A DNA stretch of 64,000 bases. Source: Setoptus koraiensis. Its lineage: Eukaryota > Animalia > Arthropoda. Positions 11,287-29,287 of this stretch are shown here, one piece after another (within the stretch, counting starts at the first letter, position 1; the number at the start of each line of letters is the position of its first letter). The notes below the pieces were generated by a model. It ran no database searches. It was not told the DNA's origin and saw only the letters and a list, made by a program, of their open reading frames with translations. Made by a program: the position numbers and the translations under genes. The DNA is taken from positions 19,282,001 through 19,346,000 of the forward strand of contig CM106586.1 in the NCBI GenBank assembly GCA_048013815.1, given 5' to 3'.

Positions 11287-12243
11287 ATATCTCTTTGAAA
11301 TCTCAACAAGCAAAGCTAAAAATAATAATATAAACAGACTGTTTTGATCAATGATTTGATCATCATTAAGCAAAACAACTTGTGCATAGATAATATTGAG
11401 CAAAACTACCAAGACAAAGTTTTATTTTCTCACCTTCTCTGTTTACTGTCCGGGCTTCAAATATTCTGTGCCTAGTGACATAATGATGACTCTGTTGAAA
11501 TACACACATTTTACAAAATCTATTGCGTGAGAATAGTCGTCATTCTCTTATCGTCATCTGAACTATGTTTTATAGTGGCAATTGCATTTTTGGAAAAATA
11601 GTATTGGTGAAAGCGGTTTCGTATCTGTTATATTCTATAGGCATTAATATAATCTATGATATGAACTCAAGACTCATATCAATGCTATCATGAGTAAATG
11701 GTGAGACTTATTTATTTTGTTAGTCTCACGGACACATCGGAGGCATCCAAACGTCTTAATCGATGAAATAAGTTTAGAAATGATGGTCACCCTACCGAAA
11801 GTAACACTACTAATCAGAATATCATGCAAATAATATTGATATCGATCCCCCATTATCTGTGCTTGTTTTACCTCGAGTGTTCATTCATGAAGCCACGACA
11901 CCATTTACGGAGCAAGCCAAAAAAGAAAACGATTCATTTATCTCAGTGATGGTAGTTCAAAATAACTGCTTGACGTTCTTTTGCCCAAGATCAGGTTGAT
12001 ACAATCCATTCTTAATGATTGCACAACGGTAACAATACTCAATACGACTGCAGCAATACATTAATATCAAAATAGATATTCAGCTCAATTCGAGTACAAG
12101 TGTGAGTATTTAAACAACTAACATTCGAGCCCCGCAAAAAAAGAGCTATTCTGATATTTACAAACTCTAGTCACTCGTGACTGCAATGAAATACATAGTA
12201 TACTACTTACGGAATGTGTGTCGCGTCGGTATGCTGGAAGTCA

Positions 12244-12276
12244 TATAAAAGTTGGCGAGAGATGTATTCGCCAGTA
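12244..12276 (+). promoter_or_regulatory. Possible TATA + Inr-like core promoter at the AT-to-GC compositional boundary
   Basis: TATAAAAG at 12244-12251 with CCAGTA about 29 nt downstream. Motif spacing only; target transcript unknown. Confidence 0.2.
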
Positions 12277-12673
12277 AGAGTTGGAGCTACGCGATCATTT
12301 TGATTGCCGCGATTCAAATCTCTTTCTCTGGCACCACCACTGGATGAGCACCACTAGCCAGTTACATTGGTACAACACAAGTCGGTGAAACCGTTTGAGG
12401 GCCCGCCGAACGGTATCAAATGAATCAGAGAGGGAGGCGCGTGCCATCAGCGCGATAGTGCGCGTGTGATATTTCTCATTAGTCTAGTGCGACCACCCGT
12501 TGATTCGTGAAACTCGCCGTGAATAGTGGCAGTGATGTTGAGAAAAGTTTGAGATTGGCTCGGAATCATATCATTCTGTTCAGTTGAACATCCCGAACAT
12601 TTTGTATGACTCGCGCGATCCTCAATTTCAATCCCGTTGACGCAATATCGTTCTCACGTTATATCACGCCTCA

Positions 12674-12701
12674 GTGTGTGTGTGTGTGTGTGTGTGTGTG
12701 T
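12674..12701 (+). repeat. (GT)14 microsatellite
   Basis: Read directly. Confidence 0.95.
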
Positions 12702-13219
12702 TGCTCGCGTGAAGTTGTTTATTTGATACGAGAAGTTTATATTTAGTTGTGCGTTGCAAGCACAATTTCGCCAGCCAATGGAAGAGCGTTAGCCCAGAAA
12801 AGAATTCTCGAGATTGCTGCTGTTAGTAAGCAAGAATTGTCGTATTGATAGTACGAGAACACGGGACATGGAAGATGAGTATTCGTGTCGGCCTGCAACC
12901 ACTGGCAGCTCACTTAAATCCCGTTTCAACTAACGGGCTCGCCGAGTGTCGAGCGGCAGTGCAGTGACACGACAGGCTCAAGCTGCAAGTGCATTAGGCC
13001 ACCATCTCGCCCCGGTGATGCAGTCCGACATTTGGGTCGGCATGCATATAGCGCACAATTTAAATGTAAAATGTTCGACTGGGCAGGCGGACCGGTTGCG
13101 ATGTGGCCTCACCGTCTCAATTGGAACCCAATATAATCTGGCCCCACAATTCGAAAGTAGCTAAACTGATGAGCCGCATAGCCGGCAGAGGTGGTCACTA
13201 TGTGCACCACTGCAATCGA

Positions 13220-13223
<4 letters not shown>

Positions 13224-13250
<27 letters not shown>
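13224..13250 (+). repeat. (GT)n microsatellite
   Basis: Read directly. Confidence 0.95.
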
Positions 13251-16200
13251 CGGTGAGCGCATAGACCCACATTACGTCTAAATTATTATTTGTTTCCAAT
13301 CACTGGGCATTTGCGGCGCACCCATTAGGCAATAAATGGCCCCCAGTCAGTTTATTGTGTGCCACTGAGACCACCGGTTGGCTCAATAATTGATCTGGCC
13401 GTTCGCCTCTATTGCTGGCTGGCATCGTTTTGTCCGTCTCGAATGATATATGTATATGTGTGTTAAGGCGCACACGTAGTACGTGGCGGCATAGTGATGT
13501 GTGGCCGCCATCGAGCAATCACAAAATAAGAGTGCGACAGGCACCCTATGACAAAAGGAACACATAAGAGACGAGAGAAGTATAACGGCATGTCGGCGGG
13601 GATGCGCTCTCGTCGGGGGGTGAGCAGCGGCACCACAGTGGCAGCAACGAAAACAACGGCGACAGCGACACTGTCAGCTATTAGAGGCACGGAATGGGAT
13701 AGTGGGCTCCACGGAGCATTAGTTATGTGCGGAGGGAAGGAAAACGTTTATGTGTACAATGGTAAACGCTCGTATGAATATAAACAGGCCCGTTGCTTAT
13801 CGCGCCAGATTATGCATGACCATATCCTAGCGTCGGACGGAGAGGGCGAGCGGCGGCCGAATTGACCAGTGGTGTGTATTTTTGAGGCTTGATTACATCT
13901 CTCGGTGTGTTGCGCGGCGTTGCCGAGGAACGAGATGATACGAGATGATGGCGAGAGCATGAACAAATGATGTGTGAACGCAACGCCACATAATGGTGCT
14001 GACACGCAATCACACTTCCGTTGTTTGGTTGCGAGTCGCACCATGTAACTCATATATGCCCATGTAACCCATATACATATATGGTTGGTGCAGTTACATA
14101 GTCGCACAGTGATATAGTCGTATAGTTGCAACATGGTGGCATCGCATAATATGCGTATCAGTGACGGCACAACGAGAAGCGGGCCACAATTTCAAGATGA
14201 CGACACGCCAACAAGAACAGCCGTTTGGTAGTCGTATGTCGGTGTCAACAATGATCAAATTTATCTCGCCCTCACCTAGTTTGTGTGTTTGTGTCTTTGC
14301 GTTATAATAGACACATCACTGGTCTATGCGCTTAATGTGCGCAACACCGTAACTAACTATCGATCGATTATTAAAAGATGCACACGGCGCTGTCGTGAAA
14401 CGGTCCGTTGTTGTATCGGCGACGATAACAACAAAAGTGCGGTCAAAAGTTATTGTTTCTCGGCTCGCGCGAAACTGCACGAAATTGCTTGCGCATCTTG
14501 GCTTCTTCGCAGTGTCGCCGTGGCAATGTGCCCGACGACAATGATAATGCTGATATCATCATTATACAACCCAATCACATGTGATCATCATGTGACCGAT
14601 CAATCATGCCGAAATTGCCCGCGGCAGCGCCAGCGACAAATGGTTACATAAGAGCCTTAACCTTGCCTGGTCGCCTACGCCGCCATACACAGTGCACAGT
14701 ATTTTTTGCAACAACTTGCGGTCGCCAACTACTGTTGCAATGTTGTTATATCATCATCACATTGTATTATAATCAAGTGTGTCGTTGCTGGCCGTTGGAA
14801 GTCACGAATCGCAATTGTGGTGTGTTCAACCGCAGGTGGTTGGTCCGCGTTTTGTGCGGGTACCAAAACAAAGTGAGCAAAAATTGCCACGCAAACACCT
14901 CCCCGTGGAACTCCATTGGAACTATGCGCCGACGCCTACGAGACCCGAGGGAGCCAGCAATGGTCACTGTCGGCGGTTGGCGTTGACTTGGGCGTGGGCG
15001 CCCACACTTTAATTCACACTGACGTAATTGACTCAATTAGTGGCCGCCTAATGTGGCCGCGCGCTGCCCCATGATTGGGGTAATTATGTGGCGATAATCG
15101 TTTTTAGATGATGCATCTATATCAACATCAATGCGAACAACAGCAACAACAACAACCGTTGTGGGCATGAATTTCGACCGGGCGCATTAGTTTGCAGCCA
15201 CACTGGTCGCGAGTAGTGGTTCGGCAACAAATAAACCCGTCAACGCTCGCATAATGCTGCCCGCCAGAAGTAATCCATATAGGATTGTTGGCCGATCGGT
15301 GGGCGCCGATTGGCAGCGCGACAATTGAAGTTTGGCCCCCTTCAAGACGCTGCCCAATCAAAGAGAGTCCCTCTGCAAAGTCAAGGCTCGACGCGGCGCT
15401 AAATCAAATCAGCAGCAGCGGCAGCAGTGAGTGAGTGAGTGCTGGATCTGATTAGACAAGATTAAATGGGATCAGCGGAGATAAGATCTGATCCGATCCG
15501 ATCTGTTTGTGCAATGGTCGGATACCAGCGCCACTACTACTAATTGACACTGAATCTTGATCACTACCATACAAATGTTGCTGCTGCCGATGAACAAAGT
15601 CATTCTAATTGAAACAAACGCGCGCTATTCACTGAGCAATGAACTCATGCGATCAATGATGCCAAAAACGAATTGATTAGGCAATCAAGTTCCCCTCAAG
15701 CGAACTTAACACCAGTACGCCTAGTCCAATGAGTCTGCAAAAAGTCTGCTGCCATGGGACACACAAATGAGAGAATTAGGTGCGGTTTTTCGAAATTGAT
15801 TCCAAACAAAATAAATTCAGTGCCATATCGTTCTGTTAGCGACCAATGGGCGAACAATGATCCGCCAGGCGCCCATCAAATCCCAGTTTCGACTACTGCA
15901 GCACCAATATAGAAAGCTCTCTTGCTGCTGAGCCATATAATATAAATAACTGCGAGCCATCGGCCCACTGATGGGCTCCCCGTCTCCCATCATTCAATAC
16001 TGAGCATTGAAACGAAGGAAATGTCCGCCCTGCACTGCCTAGCGACCAAGGCCTCAAGCTGTGGCTGAACACTGGAGATGGCGCGACGCAAAATTGACCT
16101 ATATTGTTGTCGCTACGATGGCGAACAAACATGGTATCGCCATTTCAATACTATCAAAGCGATAGATTTTTTCTAAAAAAATGTTGCTCGGCGAACAGCA

Positions 16201-17249
16201 CAATATATCAATTAGATAATCGATCAATGAACGATCGCGGAACCCGCGAATGTTCCGTCATGTTGACACGCTCCACGTGTACGGGTACAATGTGAGCGGG
16301 CAATTGTTTCTGAAAACTTTCCATACTTTGGTCCATTTTATTTAGATGCCTCTAGTTTCCATGCTCGGCGATCTTTCTTTGGCCAGCCTTTAGAGATCGA
16401 TCAAAAAATTGTTTGTTCTTGAAAGTTTTATAATGCACACACCTACCTAATATCCGAAATGTATCCGCACACATGTAAGCCGCTCGGGATTATCTTGGGC
16501 ACTGCATTTGCCTACCGCTAAGACAATTGACAACTATGACCAGAACAAGAAGAATAAGCTGATGATAGGAGGATTTGTCGTCCTATAAATATCTGATACC
16601 TGAGAATATCTTGGCTGCTTGGCTGATGTAAGCCGATGACAATCGCCACAGTCGCGGCAGTGGCCCCCGTGGATTGCCTCGGCATTCTAGAATTCGTCGT
16701 TACTATGTCGTGCGAAAAATATGCGAATAAAATGAACAAGTTCCACTCTCACAGATTATCGCCAGATCAATCGATTCAGATACGGTCTGAGAATGGGGCC
16801 AGGATATGCTCGTGCGGCCGATTTTATTTGTCGTCCATCCCATTTTAGTTTGTCGGATTGAATTATCCGCACGAGAAGCGGCCGTGGTAAACGAGCCAAT
16901 ACACAGCCGAGAAAAGGAGGGGCGGCGGGAGAGGTTCCTCTGGCGAGTTGCATCACACTCACGCAGAGAGAAAATGCGACCGACATTTTGTTGATATTAA
17001 AATTGGCGCCATTAGCCAGCGAACAAAATGGCTACCAGCACCGAGCGCCACTGATCGAATTACTGGTGTGAGGGCTCTCTCTCGAGAGAGAGTTTACCAC
17101 TGCCAGTGACTAGCAAACGCACAATGGTAAACAGGGAACGATGCGCAAAACACGCACTGGTTGCAAACGCGCAGATTCGATTATGTGTTGATCGTCAATC
17201 CGTTTTTCCGCCCACCACCAGCAGACATGCTTGCGTTGTGCGTGAGAGC

Positions 17250-17274
17250 GTGTGTGTGTGTGTGTGTGTGTGTG
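17250..17274 (+). repeat. (GT)n microsatellite
   Basis: Read directly. Confidence 0.95.
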
Positions 17275-17960
17275 CTCGAGGCAAAAGTTCTCTCGTTGTG
17301 CCACTGTTTATATAGTGCTAAAATAGTTCGCTCATTGCTGGCCAGCACCGATCTAGATTTCTCGCTGTGTCGCTATTGGTGTCCGTGCGTCCGGTGCAAA
17401 CAAACGTATTTTTATTTATTATAACATCGGTATCATTTATTAAACATTGGTATCATTTATTACAACATCAGTATCGTTTATGAGATCACCGGTTCACAAT
17501 TATTACCATCACTGATAAGAATTGTTGTGGAAAAAACAAGCATCTCATCGTCGTCACAATCAACATTATCGTCACACCACAAACAACAGTGCAATTCGGG
17601 CTGGATGTTGTCAGCAAGCAAAAGTATCGCCATTACGTTCATTATATCATCTGGAAGAATGAATTATTTATAGAGCGCACGTATCAGCCCATGTATGATT
17701 GAAATCTAGAGGCCGGCAATCTAATCGAATCGATCGATCGGTGTGAAACCAACTCTCAACTGTGAACGGACAGCCTATAGTTATTATTATCGACACAACA
17801 AACAATATTCGCACTGATCAGCAATGTGCAACAAGAGACAGATATCATCTCGACGAATGTAAGAAGCCCTTGATGCTAGTAGACATCTATAGACACGCAA
17901 TAGTGACGATTTTATGCAAAACAAATCCCACATTCTAGCACTGTCGACTGTCTGGCTGGC

Positions 17961-18030
17961 ATGAGCCGTCATACCCATAAGTCACTGGATACACTTGAAG
18001 TACTTCAATACACACAACAGCCATCTATTT
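17961..18030 (+). CDS. Candidate first coding exon of Pitx (MSRHTHKSLDTLEVLQYTQQPSI)
   Basis: ATG at 17961 and GTGAGT donor at 18031 (phase 1). Frame-compatible with the CAG acceptor ending at 19358 that opens into the Pitx frame. No transcript support. Confidence 0.3.
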
Positions 18031-19327
18031 GTGAGTTGTAGGAATTTTGTTCTCTTCGAACAACAACCAACAGGCGTCTGGGAAAGCGTCCAATCTATTT
18101 ATTTGCGCCAAACACACATGCTCATTTTGGGCTCATGCAAGAAAACATCATACTGATATTACGCCACTAGACGCTGATGCACCATCTAACTACTTGCGAC
18201 AACAACAAACAGCAATAGCCATCGTCACACACACACACACCATCTCATTGATAGTGATGTGTGTATGTGTTTTGTTTTAAATGCTCCAGGTTCATAAATA
18301 TAATCATAATATAATCTAGAGTACATTAGTCAAATAGAAGACAGCCAAAAAGGTACAGATATCGCCATCATAAACCAACCAGTGACAGAGATATATACTT
18401 ATTATTATTATTGCTCCTCTTACACACATTCGTTATCACACACCACACTACACTGCGCTCTCATCTATATGCGCTTGAGTGGTTAGTTAGCTAACTAGCT
18501 AGTTAGTTGGCAATAGCGACATTTTCTATCTAATCATTTAACACATCTAATCCCCAATTAAGACTCATCAACTGAGCAAGTTACATCTGTTTTCAATAAC
18601 CATAAAACTATAATACTCCACTGTAGCATTGCATTTGTGTATATTGTTATTATTATTATCTCATGCAAGTATCATATCGTCGTCGTGTAGCGTCTGTTAT
18701 TATCACTACTGAAGTTTGAGAGCAAATATAGTAAAAAAAAACACACCAAGCGCAAAAGAAAAACGATTGCAAGTTTGTGTATGTGTGTTGAAATCGCTTC
18801 GATTATGAGAGCTTGACAAATAATAACTACATACACTCACACACTGTATTCTCTATTAACGTCTCTCATCAATATGCTATCTAGCTAACTAACTAGCTAA
18901 CTAACACCAGCACTGCAACATTCAACTTTATGACAACGTCTATTTGCAAAACAATTTCTATTTATCAACCATATATCAGCAACTAATGTGACAGCATTGC
19001 AATAATCACATAGCGACATCTTAGCACATATCATTATGATGCATTTGGTTTGATTGGTTCAAGATATATATAATACATATTTATATATATTAATTTTTAA
19101 TGATGTACCAACTGCTTGTTATCAGCTAACTACTTGTGACCTACCAAAGCGAATGAGCAAAAAAGAAGAAGGAGAGAAGCCCTTGGAATCTGATAGTGCA
19201 AAAGTTGTTATCTTAAGTTGAATCAGCAAACACTGCACAACTAGAACATTCAATCGATATAGTTCAATATTTCACCAAATTGTTTTAGTTTATATGATAA
19301 TGTTTCTGTTATAGATACAAATTCTGA

Positions 19328-23183
<3,856 letters not shown>

Positions 23184-23987
23184 TCATCAGACCAATCTCC
23201 AAAAACCGAGTTATATGAAGAGATAGCAAAAGTACCATGACGTTCATGAAGAATGCCAAACGAAAAATAATTCGATTCAGTATTTCTACCTTCTCAGGGA
23301 ATTATCTATCCTCGTAGCTTAGTTTTCGTTTTGATATCTTGCTATTGATGAAAGTTACTGAATTACCTTACTGATCTAAGGTATTCTGTCAAACTTTTTC
23401 TTGTTTGACCGTCTGTTTAGCATTCTTTAAGAGCGTCATAGTACATAGAACTATTTTATCAAATTCCAGACAAAATGATTGGAGTTGACATTATTATTAG
23501 ACCAAACAAAAGGAAAAAAAGCGGTAATATAATCAAATGACTATCAACTAACAACAGTTTATACATTATTATACGATAATGGGGATATTTGAATGTAAAT
23601 TAAATAAAAAATGAAACAATTGAAAGCAATATAAGAAAAAAATGGTGCTCTGTAAGTTTATTGTCATCATAGCACGCAGCAAGCGCAGATGTGTTGTCGC
23701 GACGCTAAATTGCAACAAACTCCGAGGGAAAAATGCCTCGCGTTTTTGTGTGAATTGTTATTCTGTACAACAGGGCGCAAAATGCAATAATATTATTACA
23801 TTATGTTTATTACCACAAGCTTAGAGCGAATCTTTAGTTGAGTTAATATAACTTAATTTGACCTAATCAAGCACGCCAGCAGAATGCGACACTTTGGACT
23901 CATGAGCATGGATGACATTTCACGTAGGTTGGTGTGTAATAACAAGTAGACAAATAGACAAGATTAGACAAGTCGGTGAGACTAGAC

Positions 23988-23989
<2 letters not shown>

Positions 23990-24024
<35 letters not shown>
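23990..24024 (+). repeat. (TG)n microsatellite
   Basis: Read directly. Confidence 0.95.
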
Positions 24025-24027
<3 letters not shown>

Positions 24028-24963
24028 TGTGAAGGCAAACATATATCACAACCGTTATGTAGACTATTTCATAGGACTTGTTTGCGCCAAACCATTTGTG
24101 ACCGCGCCTAGTTGTGCTTGCTTATCACCCTCTTGTGGAGACTTATTAAATGGACTATATAGGCCAGCAAGTTGCCTATGTTTCATGTCAGATGTTTGTT
24201 CGTGTGTGTATGTGTGTGTTGTCACCGTTGAAAACAAAAGGCCTGACACTAGAGTATAGCAAAACAAAATAGACGCCACTAGCGGCCACAAACTATCGAT
24301 AAATGATTGGCCAGACGTGATATACAGCTGCTGGCTGATATAAACAGAGAGGCCCGTCTACTAGACCACATAATAACATCGGTTATATAACATGGGGCCG
24401 CGTGCAAGGGCGAGTTTTAACGGCGGCTGTTGCGATGGCTACATGGAGCAGAGATTTGGCCATTAGAGTGTGCGCTCATTACTTACTTGAAAGAGCGAGC
24501 TAGCGACCAGTCGGGTAATTGAGGCGCGTAAACGAGAGCCAGTGCCGTTGTTCGTTGTATATATATAGTGTGTGTGTTTGTGTGTGTATCTAAATGGCCA
24601 TTATGACTATATTCACTGGGTGGCTTTGAGTGAGCGAGTGTACCTGGTGGTAGGTGGGTCAGTAGCGAGATGACTTGTTTTTGTTGGAATGTTATGTAAC
24701 AGCGGGCACAGTGGAAGCAGCGTCGACTGTTGTGAGTTGGCTGGTCCGTTGGTGTCAGTAGAAGGACACAAGGGTGGTTCATGCATACCCGTGGTGTGCG
24801 ACAGAAGCGGATAAAGCTTACATAAAGCCCGAATGGAAACCGAATGAGCCGATCGAAATGAGGCCCGAATGGGGCCCACAAAGAGCAGCGCCTGACTCAT
24901 GATGACGTGCCTATAGCCTATAGCCTATAACGCACACACATACACACATTATGGTGACGATGG

Positions 24964-24967
<4 letters not shown>

Positions 24968-25007
<40 letters not shown>
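24968..25007 (+). repeat. (GT)20 microsatellite followed by (GTT)n
   Basis: Read directly. Confidence 0.95.
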
Positions 25008-25008
<1 letters not shown>

Positions 25009-25934
25009 GTTGTTGTTGCTGTTGTTGGCGTTCGAAGCGCATTGCTCACAGTGCAAGTGTATTTATTCATGGACGATATTTTTGCTTGCGACACACTATA
25101 TGCTGTGTCAGATGCATGAATCATTGAGTTTATGAGTGTCATGTGTACTATATGTACACATAAATACTGCGCCAGCACCAAAACTAAGAAAAAACTAGCA
25201 CGGCACCGTTATTTTATTGGCCGCTTGAGTCATGATTACGTGCGCACTGTGTTGGAGTACAGAGATTGAGGCACAGAACGGAGGAACAATCAGCATTTAT
25301 TAATTTATTATTATTTCATTAATTTGGAAAACAACAATTGCGTGTGTGCAATGTTGGTCCCATGCGGCTCACACCTAGATCCGTCGAGAGAGAGAGAGTG
25401 TGCCTAGCAGCATCAATCAAACATTTGCACACAGTGTGCGATGCGAGGATTCAATTATGCTTAATGAAACCAGCAGCAGTGGCAGCAATAGACAGGTAAA
25501 GGTGTTTGTTTATTTGTTTGTTTGCTCTGCTCTGCTCTTCTATATGCGGCCTATATTGGCGGCTATTGGGGCGGCAATACGGCCCCCGATAGCTAAATAA
25601 TGGCTAGATATGTGGCTCGATATATGGAAAGAGATAGCTAGACCGTGCAGCCCATATAGAGCACATACAGCGCTAACCAGTGCTGTTGGCTGTTGGCCAC
25701 TCACAGCTTATCATGGCGCACATCTCTGCGCTAGCATACTGTACTGTATGTGTGCAGTATGCTGCCAGCCTCCAGCAAAAGTGTGCTGGCTTGATACGTT
25801 AGGTTTGATATTACGTAAACGAGGACGTTTCATCGCTAAGCAGCTTGCTCTGTCCGGAGCTTCATTGGAAATGTTGCACACAATTTCTCTGTCGGCCCAT
25901 ATAGAGATTGTGCTGTGTACAGCACCGCGCCGAC

Positions 25935-25975
25935 TGTGTGTGTGTGTGTGTGTGTGTGTGAGTGTGTGTGTGTGA
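25935..25975 (+). repeat. Interrupted (GT)n microsatellite
   Basis: Read directly. Confidence 0.9.
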
Positions 25976-26695
25976 GTGTAGTGTGAATGTGTGGCCAACA
26001 GAGCACACTATCAAGCATCGCTATCGATCGTATGAAAATGAAATGATTCTGGTTAGCTGAGCCCGGCTGCTCACAGTAATATTACATAAGGGTTATATAA
26101 GTTATATGTTGCCTTCTCAGCCCAGTTGACTCAACTGTGTGAGCGTGTGTGTGTGTGTGTGTGTGCGTTGTGCAGCCAATGTGTTTGCGAGCGAGCCGCC
26201 ATGATTCTGTGCCAACTTCAATTACGTCACGTGCTATTAAACTAACTCTCGCTGTCTCATGTTATTGCAGCCGCGGCGGCAGCCAAAAAGTCGCTGCCAG
26301 CCATACCAAACAGGCAGCCATACCAAACAGGGACAGCGCAGCACATTACGTAAGACGGCAATTGGTGTGCAGCGGCACTAGCAGCGCCAGCAGCGGCGAG
26401 CACGCCATTATGTAATGTCTATCACAACTGTGGCCGGCGCCGCTGCAATCATCTCTTGCTAGACACACGCACATTTATATATATTGTTATTAGCTGTGCG
26501 CTGGCCCCGCAGTTTGCGCGTCGCGTTGTGCGTCCTGTGCGCTGACCGCGAGCCCGCGTATCGAAACCTCGATGGCTGTTGTTGTCCTATAATAGATACA
26601 ACGCACGCAACAGCAGCGTCGGCCTGTCCTGTTGCTCGCGATTGTCAATCACACTGCGACTGTCAGAGCCGTTGGTGTCGCTGTGGCCGTTGTTG

Positions 26696-26750
26696 CTGGT
26701 GTGGTTGTTGTCTCTGGTGTGGTTGTTGTCTCTGGTGTGGTTGTTGTTGT
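26696..26750 (+). repeat. 18-bp tandem repeat x3 (ctggtgtggttgttgtct)
   Basis: Read directly. Confidence 0.9.
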
Positions 26751-29210
26751 CGGTGGTTGGTGCGCAGTGAGTTATTGATCATGCACAGTGACAGTTAGCG
26801 GGCGCGATGGGCGCTGAGTCTGGCGCCCGTGTCGCCAGCGAGTATTCGCCGCCACCGACAGGTGGCCAGGCGAGTGCGCGTCTCGTGGGCGGCCGATTTG
26901 CGTTGTTTGTGCGGCAGTTCGTCTACTATAGACAATGTCTAGTCACCAGACTCTAGTCACTAGACAGTCTAGTGGTAGTGGCAGTGCAGCGATGAGCAGT
27001 CAATATTTATAGTTACATTAGATTAGCCGCATTTTGCATGAGCGCGCAACGTGGTTGCAACTCGCAGGCGAACAACAGTTGCGCAACTATGCTCGCTCGC
27101 TGGCTGTTGGTATCCACATGTCAGTTATCCACATGTCAGTTATCGGTGCGCCAGTAGTGCACCGACAGACTTCAAGTGGGCCACTTGTGTCAGCGACAAC
27201 ACTGACGTGTTGCCACAAAATGCGTCGTGACTGCGACAAGCCAATGCGATCGCAGTCAGTCGATCGACTGGCTGCTCGCGCTACGTAGCCGCTCGGGTGC
27301 TAGTCGCAATTATTGGCAGCGTGCGAGCGGTGCGACGAGCCAGCAAGTCTTGTCAAGTCATTGTCACATATCTCAACTATTGTCAACTGCCAATGCGAGC
27401 GCCATTGAGCGACACACGGGCGCTGCTTATTAGCGGCTTATTTACCATTATATAGGCTTATACAATTCAACTGTTATTAATGGAATTATATTTTAATGTC
27501 GCCCAATTAGTCACCAGCCGCTTGGCTTTGTTGGCCGAACGGGCGCCACTCGAGCCGCGACCAGTGTCGTGAGTGTCAAAATGTATATCTTGGCACCTTA
27601 TCAGCGATGACGCTCGCTCGTCAGCTGACTGATTGTTGTCGGTTGACGGTGCTGCGTTGGCTCGAGACTCGAGTTGTTTCAGCTGGCAACGGCTAATTGA
27701 TTGCCTGCCACAACAGCTCACCCGCTCGGCATCGCTGTGCCTTCAGCGGTGCCCTCCGATAGAGAGATTAATGCATTGCATTGATCTCTCTCTCTCTGTG
27801 CCGACTCTGTGCCGACTCTATGCCGACTCTATGCCGACTATATGGCAACTCTACGCCAACTGTGTCCCGTCGCTCCGCTGCCACTGACGCCAGCCGACTG
27901 CCAATGAGCCTTGCCGCAAGCTGCCGCTGGCAATATATGATCAGCTGACGAGGGCCCAGCCCTCGTGGAGTGCGCTAATGAGCCAGTGAGGCCGCCATTG
28001 TTTTGCAGTTACATAATGCCCGCCGCTTGCATTATGTAACTGTGCCTCGCGTAGCTGTGCCTCTCGAGGCTGTGCACAACATGTGCAGTAACTGTACTAC
28101 AGTTGCATCATGCAGCTTGCATGTGCGCACTGCGCAACAAAGCAACGGGCACCTGGCAATTGTGGCACAGCGGTCACTTGCTGTCGCTCGCTCGCTCATG
28201 GCCCGCGGGTGCGGCTCGCGGGTTGCGGCTTGTGGCGCGCGGGCCGCGGCGAGCCGCGGCTGGCCGCCTGTGGCTTGGCGAGGGCGCGACTGCGCACCAG
28301 CGGCCTCATCAATGCATTGGGGCTGGCGCGCAAAACAACAACGACACAGCGTTTGACGGCTGACGCGGCACACGGTTGCATACAGTTGCGCACAGTTGCG
28401 CACAGTCAACTGTTGATTGGCTGGCGCGCTTTTGCGCGCCAGCCAGCGTTTATTGCGGTGGCCTCTCTCGGGTGTGATTCGCCGCTCTGATTTGTCGCCC
28501 GTTTGGCGGCCGCGATGCCGTCATTGCAGCGCCGTGGTTGCGTTGCCGTCATTGCAGCGCCGCTTGTTATGTAACAGTGCTTATGTAATGTTGCTCATGT
28601 ATTATTGCTTATGTATTATTGCTTATGTATAATAGTGTTTACGTAATGGTGTTAGTGATTGTTTTATAGTTTTTTGCGCCTGCCCGCTCGTCCGCAACTG
28701 GCAACTGGCTGCCTGTCGAGCAAACAACGGCGCTCAGCAGCAGCAGCGCGTTTAACGGCAGCGGCAGCCAGTTTAAACGACGCCATTGTTACAACGGTCA
28801 CCAATGAATGGTGTCAATAGCGTCAATGGTTGTTTGCGTGTAACCGCAACACCGTTGTATCATGCAACTTGTTTGCGCTGGCCCACACAGCACACGCACA
28901 CTGATACAAGTTGCGCGACACACAAACAAACAAATAATTCACAAATACGGTATAAATAGGCTATAAATACAGACACGTTTGAGTGGCATGGTGCAACAAT
29001 GACAACGACAGCAACAATGACAACAATAGCAACAAAGACAAACAACGAGCACACGTTTGACGCAGTCCAGTTTGCGCGACAATAACATTGCTGTGTCGCT
29101 TTGACAATACTGACAATCAGTCAGTATTGTCACATCGACTGTGTAAGTGCGGCACAACAACGCCAAACAGTAGTTTACAGTGGCCAATCGTCTTATCACA
29201 GCCACTGGGC

Positions 29211-29287
29211 TGTGCGTTGTTGCGCCATGTTGTGCGTTGTTGCGCCATGTTGTGCGTTGTTGCGCCATGTTGTGCGTTGTTGCGCCA
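29211..29287 (+). repeat. 20-bp perfect tandem repeat x3.8 (tgtgcgttgttgcgccatgt)
   Basis: Read directly. Confidence 0.95.

Noticed and set aside
11720-12150. Fragments resembling integrase HGH or RNase H SDGS motifs
   Set aside because: Multiple stops and inconsistent frames; indistinguishable from chance.
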